DNA of 64,000 nucleotides from a virus (lineage: Duplodnaviria; Caudoviricetes): IMG/VR virus record IMGVR_UViG_3300044719_000253, positions 128,001 through 192,000 of that record, one strand, 5' to 3'. Of this stretch, positions 16,964-28,020 are shown one piece after another. Position 1 is the stretch's first letter, and each line of letters begins with the position of its first letter. Below the pieces are notes generated by a model. It was given only the letters and a program-made list of their open reading frames with translations. It was not told the origin of the DNA and searched no databases. A program made the position numbers and the translations under genes.

Positions 16964-19165
16964 TCAACGGAAAAACGTATTGCCTTGGTACCCCATCATC
17001 TTGCGATAGAAATCGTGATCGTTAACAGCTTCTGCTTCGTAATTGATCGAAGCTGTCTGTACCCGTTTCTTCTTGCGCTCTTTGATGTCCGCCAACAGCT
17101 GGTCGATACTGGTAAGGTCACCCTGCTGGTACACCATACCCTGAGCCACCACCCGCATGTGGTGTTCCAGTTTGGAGGCCAGATACGGATCACCGGTCTC
17201 TTCCAGCTGACGGCTCAGATCATCGAGTTGAGCACGCAGCGCACGTTGTTGTTCCAGCGCGAGATGCTCTTCGTAAGTCATCTGTTTACCATCATCGATT
17301 TGGGTCATGACGTCTTGGATTCCGTAGTACGTGATGTGTTTACCATACGACAAGAACCAATGACACAGCAACCACGCCACCACCATGTCGTCATGCTTAC
17401 CGGCTTGGTGATCGACCCGACCGTTCTTTTGCACCAGACCCGCGATCTGGTTAATCAAGCGCTTGTCGTAGACTTTATCGGCGCTGCGCTTGGCGGCATT
17501 TTGCAGCGTGTTACCATACAGCTCACTGCGGGCAAAGCGGCCACTGGCGGCGGTGCAGAAACCGAACGCAGATTTGTTCAAGGTGTAAATACTGTCGTCA
17601 CGCCGTGAGACTGGTGTGCGCAGCATCTCGAACCGATCCGGATAATCATCCTTATCTTGCACGATCGTGTTGAACATCCGTTTGTACGGGTCTTCGCCAA
17701 ACGACGGCAAAATACTGAGGAGCATATCGCGCAGTGCTTCCCCGGTGGACTTGGTTTCTAACACCAAGGTCACGTTTTTGTTCTCAACTAGGTAGACTGC
17801 CAGCCAATGCCCAAACATCAGGATATTGGTTTCATTGATGGCGGCTGTTGCCACCACATCCAACGTTGCGGCATCCACCCAGACCAAGGCAATATCGTCA
17901 TTGTTGTTGGCCGACGATGGATCGACCCCAAGCACGAGTTTGGCATGACTCATGTAGTTGGCCAGATTCTTCTCATCCACGTTCCAGCGGATCATGTACT
18001 TCTGATGCGTGAATACCTGGTCATACACGTAGTCATTCGCCGAGGCCACAATCCGTTTGAGCAGTTGGGGTGAGAGCGGGTGTGATTCGGTACCCGAGGT
18101 CCAAACGTTGAAATAGTCACGGTCTGCCGCGTCGCCGAATGATTTCGATTCGCGGATCTTTTCCCACAACCACGCATCAGTAAAACCAAGTTGGCGGTGA
18201 CTCATGATGATCGCGATTTGGAAGTTACCGCCCGCGTTACGACGGACGAATTCTTCCAAGGCTTCCGCGTTGACCATATCGAACACATGTTCCGTCCACG
18301 GCATACTACCCAGGATATAGTTGTCGTAGATGAACTTACCTTCATCCGTATCCAGTTTACCGGCCGTCGTCGTGATGATGTTGCAGTACGGTGCTCCCGC
18401 GGCTTTGGCGCGATCGCGTACCGCGTTACCAGCCGACAGCATCGCAGGTAGCGAGATATGCACGTTACCGCAGAACGGACCTTCGTCGATATGGTTGATC
18501 GCCGAACCGAAACCACGACCGACGTTGTTCGCGTCTTTCTCGGACGAACGCGGCACGAAGGTCTTCATCTTGTTTTCCAAGAGGTTGACCGTGATCTCTT
18601 CCGTGTTATTCGCATCCGTGCGCTTGTTACGCAAATCGATGTAGTCCGGCAGAGTATCGAAGATCTTCTTGATGATGTCCACCGACTCTTTGCGCAGCTT
18701 TTCGTCTTTAGTCAACAAGTTGATCAGGGTACCTTCACACAGCACCGTGAGTAGATACACATCGAGTTCATACACCGTGTAGGATTTACCGGTCTGTCGC
18801 GGTTGGATCAGTGTCATCGTCACGTGGTTAAAGAAACACCACCACATCGCGATGTTACCACGATTGGCTTTCAGCGGAATCGGAGCTTGACCGGAACCTG
18901 CCGGGATGCGCGCCACTTCCCGGAAGTAATACCACGGATTGATCTTGCACTCAGCAACGATCATGTCCTTTTCTTCCTGCGTCAGATTCGGCGCATGCGG
19001 GTCGATGAACTCCAACAGCGGATTGATCAAGGCCAACAGAAACATGTGGTTCTTGATCCCCATGCTTTTGTAGAGCTTGGCCATATACACCCAGGATTCA
19101 TTCCGGGTACTGAGATGCGGAATGGCTGTGGGATACAGCAACCAATCGGATTCATAGAGGATCAT
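16964..19165 (-). CDS. terL: terminase large subunit (phiKZ gp25-like)
   Basis: Walker A PRQTGKS, Walker B NHIDEGPF, nuclease LGVDPS and C-terminal KHDDMVVAW; 733 aa. Confidence 0.93.
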   Translation of the reverse strand: MILYESDWLLYPTAIPHLSTRNESWVYMAKLYKSMGIKNHMFLLALINPLLEFIDPHAPNLTQEEKDMIVAECKINPWYYFREVARIPAGSGQAPIPLKANRGNIAMWWCFFNHVTMTLIQPRQTGKSYTVYELDVYLLTVLCEGTLINLLTKDEKLRKESVDIIKKIFDTLPDYIDLRNKRTDANNTEEITVNLLENKMKTFVPRSSEKDANNVGRGFGSAINHIDEGPFCGNVHISLPAMLSAGNAVRDRAKAAGAPYCNIITTTAGKLDTDEGKFIYDNYILGSMPWTEHVFDMVNAEALEEFVRRNAGGNFQIAIIMSHRQLGFTDAWLWEKIRESKSFGDAADRDYFNVWTSGTESHPLSPQLLKRIVASANDYVYDQVFTHQKYMIRWNVDEKNLANYMSHAKLVLGVDPSSANNNDDIALVWVDAATLDVVATAAINETNILMFGHWLAVYLVENKNVTLVLETKSTGEALRDMLLSILPSFGEDPYKRMFNTIVQDKDDYPDRFEMLRTPVSRRDDSIYTLNKSAFGFCTAASGRFARSELYGNTLQNAAKRSADKVYDKRLINQIAGLVQKNGRVDHQAGKHDDMVVAWLLCHWFLSYGKHITYYGIQDVMTQIDDGKQMTYEEHLALEQQRALRAQLDDLSRQLEETGDPYLASKLEHHMRVVAQGMVYQQGDLTSIDQLLADIKERKKKRVQTASINYEAEAVNDHDFYRKMMGYQGNTFFR

Positions 19166-19244
19166 ACTCCACCTCTTTCAGCATAGGTCAAAGGAAAACC
19201 TCTCCGCCACCTCGCGGCGGCAGAGAGGGAGACAATCGAGAGGA

Positions 19245-20930
19245 TTACTGCTGCCAGCAGGGGATACCCGCAATCGACAACTGCAAATCGGTGTCCACGG
19301 TACGGATGAAGAACTTGATGTACACCGTCTCGTTGTTCTGGATCAGATGGCTCAGAGTCAAGACCTTGTTCCACTGACTCATCGGGTACGCCACTTCCCA
19401 ACTCGTGGTCTTGATTGCGAAATGGGTTGGTACCGGCGGGCCGACTTCTTGGCCTTGGTCGGTGAGCGGGTAGGTCAGGTTGTACATCCGCGCCAACCAA
19501 GCGTTTACGTCGGTTTCACCACAGGTGATGTCCAACGTAACTTGATTCTGATCGATGATATTCAACTTGGCAAAGTTGTTTTCCCCGAACAGAATATCTT
19601 GGTTCAGTGCGAAACCAACCGCCCAGTTGGTGGTGCGAGCAGTGCCCGGTTGCCGCAACACGATATCGATGGTTTGCACGTGGATCAGCGCCAGGCCAGA
19701 TGGATTGACATCCTTCAGGTTGAGCGACACCCCGAGCGTTTGTTTGATACCATAACCAAGCGGATCGAACGGACGCGAGTTGGCATTGATCGTGACGTAC
19801 GGCGTAACCAATTGGCACATGCGCCGTTCCATGTCGTACAGCCACCATTCGAGACGGTAGCCCAGCACCGAGTTTTGCCAGACCGGGTAACCATACAACT
19901 TGGGCGAGTACATGCCTTCGTAGTTGGTGGTGATCCCGGTGTATTCACGTGTGATCGACCCGGCCACGCTGGTTTGCACCCCGAGTACCACTTCACCCGG
20001 CGCCAACTTGTAGTCGAGCACCAGATCGAACTGTTGCCCGGCGTAGGTCGAGACGAAGTTGTCCAAGCCGCGCAGCGAGAACTTGGTGTTGTTAACCGGA
20101 TAGCGCTGTTTGCTGCCATCGCTGTACGATACCACCCCGATCAACGACAGACCATTCATGGTGATATTCACCGGGAAGGCCAGCACATTCGGGTCAGCCA
20201 GGGAGATGAACGGCGACTCCAGGCTGATGTTGGTGATGTATTTCACCGAGCTGTTGGCGGTCGGGACAAACTGGGTGTTTTCCACTAACACTTCGACTTT
20301 CGAGACTTGGTGGCCCGAGTCCGAATACACGATCACCGCGAGCTTGGTGTTGTCTTGCAGGTCTTCCGTGGTGTAGCAGGTCGGGAAGGCCTTGATGCTG
20401 CGGTTATTACCATCGACCGCGGCCAGCACCATCGGCACACTGGTGCCGATCAGTTCATTGGTCGGGCTGTAGACTTGGCTGATCGCTTTGGCTTGCCCCA
20501 CCACATCGGTGCCGAGGAAGATCGTGAAGGTTTCCGCTTCCTCGGTGTAGCAATGCAAGCGCGCATCCAGGGTGATCGTGTGCGGCATCACATTCTTGTT
20601 GACGTACGCACGGAACGTATCCGAGATACCACCCGGACCCACCCCGAGAATCACGTCGATATTATCCAGTCGCTGGTTTTGCGCCAGCGGCGTGATCACT
20701 TTCAGACGCGGTACCAGTGTTGTCACATCGATCTCGGTAACTTGGTAGAACACCGAGGTATCCGTATCGACCACCCAGTCATCTACTTTCGGCACGTAAC
20801 GATTGGCCCCTTGGCCACCCGTATAAATTTCTTTCAATGCCCAGATGGTCCAGCGACCAGCCGGGTCATACACCGGCACCACATTGTCGGTACCCGAAAT
20901 ACCGACGGTGCTCAAAACAGTATCTGTCAT
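19245..20930 (-). CDS. virion structural protein (phiKZ gp26-like, probable baseplate)
   Basis: 561-aa beta-rich ORF immediately upstream of terL in the conserved terL-gp26-gp27-gp28-sheath-tube order. Confidence 0.7.
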   Translation of the reverse strand: MTDTVLSTVGISGTDNVVPVYDPAGRWTIWALKEIYTGGQGANRYVPKVDDWVVDTDTSVFYQVTEIDVTTLVPRLKVITPLAQNQRLDNIDVILGVGPGGISDTFRAYVNKNVMPHTITLDARLHCYTEEAETFTIFLGTDVVGQAKAISQVYSPTNELIGTSVPMVLAAVDGNNRSIKAFPTCYTTEDLQDNTKLAVIVYSDSGHQVSKVEVLVENTQFVPTANSSVKYITNISLESPFISLADPNVLAFPVNITMNGLSLIGVVSYSDGSKQRYPVNNTKFSLRGLDNFVSTYAGQQFDLVLDYKLAPGEVVLGVQTSVAGSITREYTGITTNYEGMYSPKLYGYPVWQNSVLGYRLEWWLYDMERRMCQLVTPYVTINANSRPFDPLGYGIKQTLGVSLNLKDVNPSGLALIHVQTIDIVLRQPGTARTTNWAVGFALNQDILFGENNFAKLNIIDQNQVTLDITCGETDVNAWLARMYNLTYPLTDQGQEVGPPVPTHFAIKTTSWEVAYPMSQWNKVLTLSHLIQNNETVYIKFFIRTVDTDLQLSIAGIPCWQQ

Positions 20931-20940
20931 GGTTGCTCCA

Positions 20941-23508
20941 TTACGCGGTCACGGTCACGAATTCGGACAGCGAGACAGCATTATTTAAGTAAAGCGACAC
21001 GGCGCGCGCCAAGAAGCGGTATTCAAACAAACCGAGATGAGTTACGGTGTCTTTGTAATACGCTTGTACCATCACGTAGTTATCATCCACCTTGTGCGGA
21101 TCGCGCGTCGGCTCAAAGGGCAACAACGATTCGTAATAGCTGCACATCGAGCGCACATCGTCATCGTTGTAGTGGCTGTACATGCGGCTGTCTACAAACA
21201 CCTTGCTGGCCAGATCGTCGATCAAGGCCGAAACGAACGGGCTGTACACTGGATAGCGCTCGGTGATCGGGCTCGGTTCGGTGTAACTCGGCTGCGGTAG
21301 ATGTGCGGTCAGATAATCGGAGACCCGTTGATCGGTTACCAACGCTTGGGCACGCAAGTCATACGTTTTCGCATTGGTGGTACCGCGCATCGGTACCACG
21401 ATGTCGCGGATCACGTACGGTGAGCCATTCGGTACGCCCTCGACATTGATCCCGCTGTGATCTTCCGCGAAGGTCAGTTCGGTACGATCGAACACCCCGC
21501 CGCCAACAGCGATATGCAATACCTTGTCATTGCGCAAATCATAGCGCTGGTTATTCGACAGTACGCCATGACTGACAAAGCCACGATCTCCCAGCACCGC
21601 GCGGCTCAAGTCCGTATTGCAATGACCGCAGAAACGTACGGTAATGGCCTGGTTGGCCAAGTCCGGCTGGATGTATTTCTTGTTGATGATAACGACTTTG
21701 GGGAATTGCACCAAGTAATCGACCCCTTCCACCAACGCCTTGCCATTCAACCACAAATCCAGTTCCCCCATCTGAACTTGCATGATGGTATTTTGGAAAC
21801 CGTTACCGCGGTCTTGGTCCGAGGTCAAGGTGAATTGCAGCACCCCGCTTTGGATCGGTACGTTGAGGTTGTAACACAGGAAATCCAAGTTACTGCGCAC
21901 CATGGTGTACGTAGTGGTCGGATTTGTGAGCCAAGTCAGGTTGCCATTGGCATTCACGTACGCGCCACTGTCAGTCACATCGCGCCACAGGTTATCCGGC
22001 AACCCATTGACGATCGTGCAATTGTACATGCGGTAATCCAAATTGGCATCGAGCACCCCGGTGGCTTGGCCATACTTCTCATCCAACTGACGCCGCCCAT
22101 ACCCCGAGATGATCTGTACCAGTGATGTGGTCGGATTCCGCGTGGTCCACAATGCCCCGAGCGAATGTTGGTACCACCCCAGCAAATTACCGCGGAAATC
22201 GAATTCGAACACCGTCGAGCGATATTGCAGATTCGGTGGAATATTCACGATTCCCATGCCCGAGATATTCTTGACAAACTGCGGGGTCGGGGCTAACAGC
22301 TGCGACATCGAATTATACCCCAGCGCAGTCTGCACTAAACTGGCTGTGATGTCACGCGTGCTGGCACCCATGATCTTGGTGTAAGCAGAGGCTTCCAGAT
22401 TCGCTGCTTGCCACTCGGGCACCGTCGCATCCAACCCGATCATGGCCTTGACGATCAAATCATCCGGCAGTGAATACAAATCCTTGATGCGGTTGGCCTC
22501 ATTGAGCAATGGGCGGCTGTATCCGGATTTACGCAGATGCAGGCGCAATGTCAAGCTATTGATATCATCCCAGTCCGGGCGGGTGGCCAGATACGATTCC
22601 AGATACGGTACCGTGACGGCATAATCCGCATGGGTCACTTGCCGCACCGCATCCACTTGGTTGCGGTGGAAGTACAAGCCTTTGAACTGGTTATTCGCAT
22701 TGGCTTGAAACACGAACACATCGACGTCATCTTGGTACGTGATCGTGGTCTTAAGCGACTGCGTCGGGTGCACCAGGTACTTGCGTTTGAGGTCGAGTGT
22801 GCTGTCAAACACGCTCAAGCTGCCGACCAAGATATCTTCAACCGCGTAAATCGAGCCATCGTACACGTATTCCACTACGTCATCCGGCGCCACCGTGAGC
22901 AAGTCGATACTGTTGACCAGATAACCATTCACGAAGGCATACACATGACCGTGTTGTTTGGCCGTCAAGTAACTGTTTTGCAGCGCCAGGATGTCATCGG
23001 TGTTTTGCATGACACCGCCGCGCACCAAAATAAAGTCGGTGGTCAAATCGCGCCGTACCGATCCGAAGTAGGCGTTGTGATACACACGCAGGTACAGATC
23101 TTCGGTATTATAGTTGATCTCGACTTTGTCGTTTTGCTGAACCGCGAGCACCAAGTCATTGTCTTCGCTGACCATGTACCAGGCCAAGATCCGGGGTGAC
23201 TGGCGACCATTGGCAGTGTACAGATCGACAATGGTTTCTTCCGCCTCACACACTTGCGGTAAGTGCATCCACAGACCCCGTTTAGCCGGGATACTCAAGC
23301 CGAGTTGCTTCGGCGAGATCCCACCGATCTGATAGCAGTGAAACAACACCCCCGCCACCGGCAGCGTGTATTGACGCCACATCACATCGACCTTGGTATA
23401 CACCCCACCATAGCGCGTGATCTTCGCGAGTTTGATGGTGGATTGTTGGTCTTGCGCGGGCGTGCACCAGATGTCTTGGATGGCTTGCTTAATTAAATAG
23501 TCAGCCAT
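20941..23508 (-). CDS. virion structural protein (phiKZ gp27-like, probable baseplate)
   Basis: 855-aa ORF in the conserved block. Confidence 0.7.
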   Translation of the reverse strand: MADYLIKQAIQDIWCTPAQDQQSTIKLAKITRYGGVYTKVDVMWRQYTLPVAGVLFHCYQIGGISPKQLGLSIPAKRGLWMHLPQVCEAEETIVDLYTANGRQSPRILAWYMVSEDNDLVLAVQQNDKVEINYNTEDLYLRVYHNAYFGSVRRDLTTDFILVRGGVMQNTDDILALQNSYLTAKQHGHVYAFVNGYLVNSIDLLTVAPDDVVEYVYDGSIYAVEDILVGSLSVFDSTLDLKRKYLVHPTQSLKTTITYQDDVDVFVFQANANNQFKGLYFHRNQVDAVRQVTHADYAVTVPYLESYLATRPDWDDINSLTLRLHLRKSGYSRPLLNEANRIKDLYSLPDDLIVKAMIGLDATVPEWQAANLEASAYTKIMGASTRDITASLVQTALGYNSMSQLLAPTPQFVKNISGMGIVNIPPNLQYRSTVFEFDFRGNLLGWYQHSLGALWTTRNPTTSLVQIISGYGRRQLDEKYGQATGVLDANLDYRMYNCTIVNGLPDNLWRDVTDSGAYVNANGNLTWLTNPTTTYTMVRSNLDFLCYNLNVPIQSGVLQFTLTSDQDRGNGFQNTIMQVQMGELDLWLNGKALVEGVDYLVQFPKVVIINKKYIQPDLANQAITVRFCGHCNTDLSRAVLGDRGFVSHGVLSNNQRYDLRNDKVLHIAVGGGVFDRTELTFAEDHSGINVEGVPNGSPYVIRDIVVPMRGTTNAKTYDLRAQALVTDQRVSDYLTAHLPQPSYTEPSPITERYPVYSPFVSALIDDLASKVFVDSRMYSHYNDDDVRSMCSYYESLLPFEPTRDPHKVDDNYVMVQAYYKDTVTHLGLFEYRFLARAVSLYLNNAVSLSEFVTVTA

Positions 23509-23586
23509 GATTGTCCTTCAAAGAAAAAACACATAGACACACCACCATCCAGACCGTTTTCACGATCCAGATGGTGGGAGGCGGTA

Positions 23587-24558
23587 TTACAGACCGGCGG
23601 GCACTTCACGCGCGACCTTCTCGGCCGTTTCAGGCATGCTTGATTTCAGCAGACTCGCCAGGCGTTCCAGACCGTCTTTATACTGGTGACGCTCCACGAT
23701 GCGTGACAACCCGACTTTCTTCAGCGCCAGATTGGTGGCCGCTTCATGTACCAGCGAGATCCAGGTCGGCGGATGCTCCATCGCCACCGCGGTCAGTTCG
23801 ATTGCGTTGTCGCCGGCCCAGGTGCCGCCCATCAGGGTGATCAACACACCGTGGTTGAGGTTCTCCAACCGTACGTTGTTGAGAACCAACTTGAGCTTAT
23901 TGCAGAAGTCTTCGATCGAACCGATGACTTGGGTTTGGTTATAAATGCGCATCACGTCGGTGACCGACACCTTGAGCGCATTGGCAATTCCAGCCACGTA
24001 ACGGGCTTCGTTACCCTTGTCGAATTCGATTCCTTCGACATGATTGGATTGATAAAAGATGCCCGCGACGATCATCGTTTCGATCTTGGCCTTGGGGTCG
24101 AGCGCGTACTTGAACCCGATCGCTTCACCGAGCCAAGCCGCGAAGATACTCAGCGCGGTCGGGGTGATCGAGCGGAATGCCGTGGCGCCATTGGTGAGCC
24201 AGAGCGAAGTCAAGCCTGCGCGGTACATCAAGTTCTTATACAGGGTCGAGTTGGTCACCTTGAAGCGATTGGTGACCGCGTCGAAGCGACCCGCGGCACG
24301 CACATCCATCGCCAGAAACGGTTCGAGCTTGAGCTCGTTAGAGTGGCGCAGCGACGCCACGTCGTGCTTGGTGATGAGCAGCGGATGCTTGAAGGCTTTG
24401 ACCTGGCCGCTTGCGCCAGTCGACATGTCCACATACGCCACGCCATCGGCACAGGCGAGATAATCGCGCAGTCGGGCTTCATGGATCGCGCTGACGATCG
24501 GTTGCACAACGAAATTCGCACAAGCCGTGGTTTGATAGGCTGTGTTGTAGATGGTCAT
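23587..24558 (-). CDS. virion structural protein (phiKZ gp28-like)
   Basis: 323-aa ORF divergent from the sheath gene; SD AAGGA. Confidence 0.65.
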   Translation of the reverse strand: MTIYNTAYQTTACANFVVQPIVSAIHEARLRDYLACADGVAYVDMSTGASGQVKAFKHPLLITKHDVASLRHSNELKLEPFLAMDVRAAGRFDAVTNRFKVTNSTLYKNLMYRAGLTSLWLTNGATAFRSITPTALSIFAAWLGEAIGFKYALDPKAKIETMIVAGIFYQSNHVEGIEFDKGNEARYVAGIANALKVSVTDVMRIYNQTQVIGSIEDFCNKLKLVLNNVRLENLNHGVLITLMGGTWAGDNAIELTAVAMEHPPTWISLVHEAATNLALKKVGLSRIVERHQYKDGLERLASLLKSSMPETAEKVAREVPAGL

Positions 24559-24755
24559 TTTGACTGATCCTTATTACAGCGGGGCGACATCGTATGTTGA
24601 ACCAACGTCGAGTCCGCTCAGGTTGTTTTAACAACACTGGAGCCTTTGCACTCATTACTCCAGTATTTTTTTACGATTCTATGATGCTGGGCATCGACTT
24701 CGAAACAATATACCGAAACCATACCATTCATTATTAGCGACAGGAACCTGACATA

Positions 24756-26843
24756 ATGAACATCATCAATGCAACACCGATGTCGTATAACAACGGCATT
24801 CACGATGTGTCTGGTCGGAAGCTGGCTCCTCAATCTCTCGACCAGCCATCCCACCTGCCGAAATCGTTTATCTTTGCTCGCAAGGGTAAACCGGGCAAAA
24901 GTTACCTCGTGGTCGGTGACAGCCGTCCGGCGATTTTCGGCGCAGAAACATTCGACGAACTGAGCAAGTATTTCAACCACGCCACCGCTTTCAACAACGC
25001 GTTCAACAAGGCCGGTAACGCCTCGATGGTCGAACGTGTTCTGCCGCAAGACGCCACTGCACCGGCCGCTTTCCGCCTGTCGCTGGACCTGCTCGCTACC
25101 CAAGTGCAGGACTATGTGCGCAATGCTGACGGTACCTACCAGATCGATTCCCAAGGCAACAAAGTCCCGACCAACAGCAAGGTCGCGGGTTACCTGGGCA
25201 AGTGGGTGGTCGAGCCGATCAGCGAGATCAATGGCGTGCGCGACTTCGGTAACGGCACGGTCACCGTGGGTGACCAGGTCGACAGCGGTAACGCCACCCA
25301 ATCGAGCCGCTATCCGTTCTTCGACTTCATGGTCAGCTCGGAAGGCGAATGGGGTAATGACAAAGGCATCGCGCTGTGGGCCCTGACCCAACTGACGAAT
25401 GTCCAGATCGACAGCCGTCTGATCACCGATCAGAAAGCTTACCCGTTCCAACTGGCGGTGATGTCGCGTCCCGACGCCCTGACCACGCCGACCGCCGTGT
25501 CGACGCTGTCGGGTTCGACCTCGATCACGTTCTCGCTGAAACCGGGCCTGCGCGATCGTAACACCTCGGCACAGCTGTACCTGGGTGACATCTTCGTCCG
25601 CAACTGGCAAGACGTCTCGACCCCGGGCATGTCGCCGACCATCGGCGACTTCGACCAGATCAAAGTGTACGATGCCAACATCGCCACCGTACTCGGCAAG
25701 ATCTACACGGCTGAACTGCCGGCGATCGATCAATTCTCCGACATCCTCGGTGAAGATGACGAGATCTACCGCATCAACCCGTTCACCGCCGTGTCGTCCT
25801 ATGGTGCGCCGTACCACACCTTCCAACTGGTAACCGGTTCGGCCAACTCGGTGCGTCTGGCCCAATCGACCACGCTGTTCGCCCAAGGCGGAAGCGACGG
25901 TACGATGAATAACACCACATTCGCAGCCCTGGTGAAAGCCAAGATGCTGGAATACGGTGACCGCAACAGCCAGCGTCAAGACGCGGTCAACAACCCGGAA
26001 AACATGTTCTGGGATTCCGGCTTCCCGCTCGACACGAAGAAAGCGCTGGCCAACTTCATCGCGACGCGCAAGGACACCTATGTGATGGTCTCGACCCACC
26101 AGGTCGGCGGTCCGGATCTCTCGGATGACCAAGAACGTTCGGTGGCGATCACGCTGCTGTCGACGCTGCAAAACTTCCCGGAATCGGCTACGTACGCTAC
26201 CCCGACGGTGCGTGCTTCGATCATCGGTGGTTCCGGTCATCTGCTCAACAGCAACTATACCGACACCATCCCGGCCTCGATCGACCGCGCGTATGCCTGG
26301 TCGCTCTACATGGGAGCCTCGAACGGCAAGTGGGTGTCGAAGTACAAGCCGGACGTCAGCCCGAACAACCAAGTCACGCTGCTGCGCGATCTGAACGTCA
26401 CGTTCCGTCCCGCCAATGCACGCTACAAGGACTGGGATGCTGGCATGGTGTGGCCGGAGCCGTACTCGATGGACATGATGTACTTCCCGCAGTTCCAAAC
26501 CGTGTACCCGGACGACACCTCGGTGCTCAACTCGGCTATCACCGCGTTTGCCTGCGCGCAGCTCACGTCGATCGGCGAAAAGGTCCACCGCGACTTCACG
26601 GGTCGTAGCGATCTGACCAAGGAACAACTGGTCGAGCGTATCAACGCAGCTTACATGGCAGCGGTGAAAGACAAGTTCGACAATCGCTTTACGATCATCG
26701 TGGACACTACGTTCACGGCGGACGACGATCTGCGTGGCTACAGCTGGACCACCACGGTCAAGCTCGGCGCTTCGCCGATGCGCAGCGTCCAGTCGCTGAC
26801 GATCGAATCGTACCGCGCCGAAGACCTGGCCAACGCCGCCTAA
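24756..26843 (+). CDS. contractile tail sheath protein (phiKZ gp29-like)
   Basis: 695 aa; FWDSGFPLDTK and PEPYSMDMMYFPQFQTVYPDDTSVL motifs; strong codon bias; followed by the tube gene. Confidence 0.88.
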   Translation: MNIINATPMSYNNGIHDVSGRKLAPQSLDQPSHLPKSFIFARKGKPGKSYLVVGDSRPAIFGAETFDELSKYFNHATAFNNAFNKAGNASMVERVLPQDATAPAAFRLSLDLLATQVQDYVRNADGTYQIDSQGNKVPTNSKVAGYLGKWVVEPISEINGVRDFGNGTVTVGDQVDSGNATQSSRYPFFDFMVSSEGEWGNDKGIALWALTQLTNVQIDSRLITDQKAYPFQLAVMSRPDALTTPTAVSTLSGSTSITFSLKPGLRDRNTSAQLYLGDIFVRNWQDVSTPGMSPTIGDFDQIKVYDANIATVLGKIYTAELPAIDQFSDILGEDDEIYRINPFTAVSSYGAPYHTFQLVTGSANSVRLAQSTTLFAQGGSDGTMNNTTFAALVKAKMLEYGDRNSQRQDAVNNPENMFWDSGFPLDTKKALANFIATRKDTYVMVSTHQVGGPDLSDDQERSVAITLLSTLQNFPESATYATPTVRASIIGGSGHLLNSNYTDTIPASIDRAYAWSLYMGASNGKWVSKYKPDVSPNNQVTLLRDLNVTFRPANARYKDWDAGMVWPEPYSMDMMYFPQFQTVYPDDTSVLNSAITAFACAQLTSIGEKVHRDFTGRSDLTKEQLVERINAAYMAAVKDKFDNRFTIIVDTTFTADDDLRGYSWTTTVKLGASPMRSVQSLTIESYRAEDLANAA

Positions 26844-26909
26844 GCTTTCCTGCATTGACCTCGGTAGCGTAGCTCACTCCTACGCTACTTCACTTAAAAG
26901 GGTATTTAC

Positions 26910-27800
26910 ATGACTACTCGTCCCAATGGTGCCATCCTGCAACCCGGCACAGCGTACGGACTGGGTGCCCAGGCACCCATGGTCGATCTGACCTATGGCG
27001 GTCAGATGGGTTGGGCACCGGACAATGCGGCTTGGGTGAATAACCAAGCGTACGTTCGTCGCCACCTCATTCCGATCCTGCTGGAAGCGCCGAAGCTGTT
27101 CCAGTTCTTCCCCAACCCCGACAAATACGTCGCCTGCCTGCGCGCCCTCATCGAGACACAATGGCTGAACGTCGAAGGTCTGAACCGCGGCCTGACCGCT
27201 GAGTTCGCCCAGAACCCGTATGGTGGTTCCGGCCAGACCCAGCAAGACCTGGTCAACATGAAGCGTGCCGAGTCCAAGCCGAAGCACACCTACCTGGAAC
27301 GCTACGGTCGTCCGATCCAGCGCTTCATCGAAACCTGGATGCTGTACGCTGGTCTCGATCCGGACACCAAGTTCCCGATGGTGACCACGCTGCCCGCATT
27401 CCAAGCCGCCTACCAGTCGGGTCAAGTGACCGACAACCTGGGCGACATGACCACGGCCACGGTGCTGTACATCGAACCCGATCCGTACGGTCGCAAGGTC
27501 GAGCAAGCCTTCCTGTGCTTCAACATGTTCCCGGAAAGCACCGGCGACATCGTGGGTTCGGCGGACAAGACCCAGGACATGCAAACGCTAAACGTCGACA
27601 TCCAGTTCACCGCTCTGCAGCAAGTCGGTTATGGCGTCGATGCGTTCGCGCAGCAGATCCTGAACGCCACCAGCTATGTCGGCGCCAACCCGATGATGCG
27701 TCAAGCCATGGTCGAGCAAATCGCTGCCGACGTCAAAGCCGCCCAAACCGGTTTCGACGCCAGCGTACAAGCCGTGGCACAGCGTCAAATCAACGTGTAA
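26910..27800 (+). CDS. tail tube protein (phiKZ gp30-like)
   Basis: 296 aa directly after the sheath gene; APMVDLTYGGQMG and CFNMFP motifs; strong codon bias. Confidence 0.82.
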   Translation: MTTRPNGAILQPGTAYGLGAQAPMVDLTYGGQMGWAPDNAAWVNNQAYVRRHLIPILLEAPKLFQFFPNPDKYVACLRALIETQWLNVEGLNRGLTAEFAQNPYGGSGQTQQDLVNMKRAESKPKHTYLERYGRPIQRFIETWMLYAGLDPDTKFPMVTTLPAFQAAYQSGQVTDNLGDMTTATVLYIEPDPYGRKVEQAFLCFNMFPESTGDIVGSADKTQDMQTLNVDIQFTALQQVGYGVDAFAQQILNATSYVGANPMMRQAMVEQIAADVKAAQTGFDASVQAVAQRQINV

Positions 27801-27808
27801 TCCAACAC

Positions 27809-27855
27809 GTCATACCGCCTCTCCTTCCCGCGTGGGGAGGAGAGGTCGTTATGCC
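27809..27855. terminator. hairpin (GTCATA/TATGCC family) after the tube gene
   Basis: CCTCTCCTTCCC/GGGGAGGAGAGG stem. Confidence 0.7.
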
Positions 27856-27954
27856 GTCAAGGAATCACCAGAACGCGTTGTACGGGGTTTTATTCATGGG
27901 TTGGTAGAATCTAGCGTTTTGTTCGAGAGACCATCTCAAAACGCTTCTATCCAA

Positions 27955-28020
27955 AAGGAAACAAAAAAGAAAGAGGGCATACACCCCACCCCGACCCGAA
28001 GGCCGAGGTGGGGAGATGTC
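27955..28020 (-). terminator. intrinsic terminator closing the 166-aa gene/structured-RNA transcript
   Basis: CCCCACCTCGGCC-TTCG-GGTCGGGGTGGGG then TGTATGCCCTCTTTCTTTTTT on the minus strand. Confidence 0.75.

Noticed and set aside
16964-19165. Intein in terminase, RNAP beta-prime or UvsX
   Set aside because: Lengths match intein-free homologs as recalled, and no C...HN-(C/S/T) splice junction or LAGLIDADG block was seen.
24618-26855. 745-aa minus-strand ORF antisense to the tail sheath gene (and similar long antisense ORFs over phuZ, UvsX, gp26-like, gp177-like and the 166/191-aa genes)
   Set aside because: These are shadow frames produced by strong C/G third-position bias. They have R/V/G-rich composition, no SD and no motifs.
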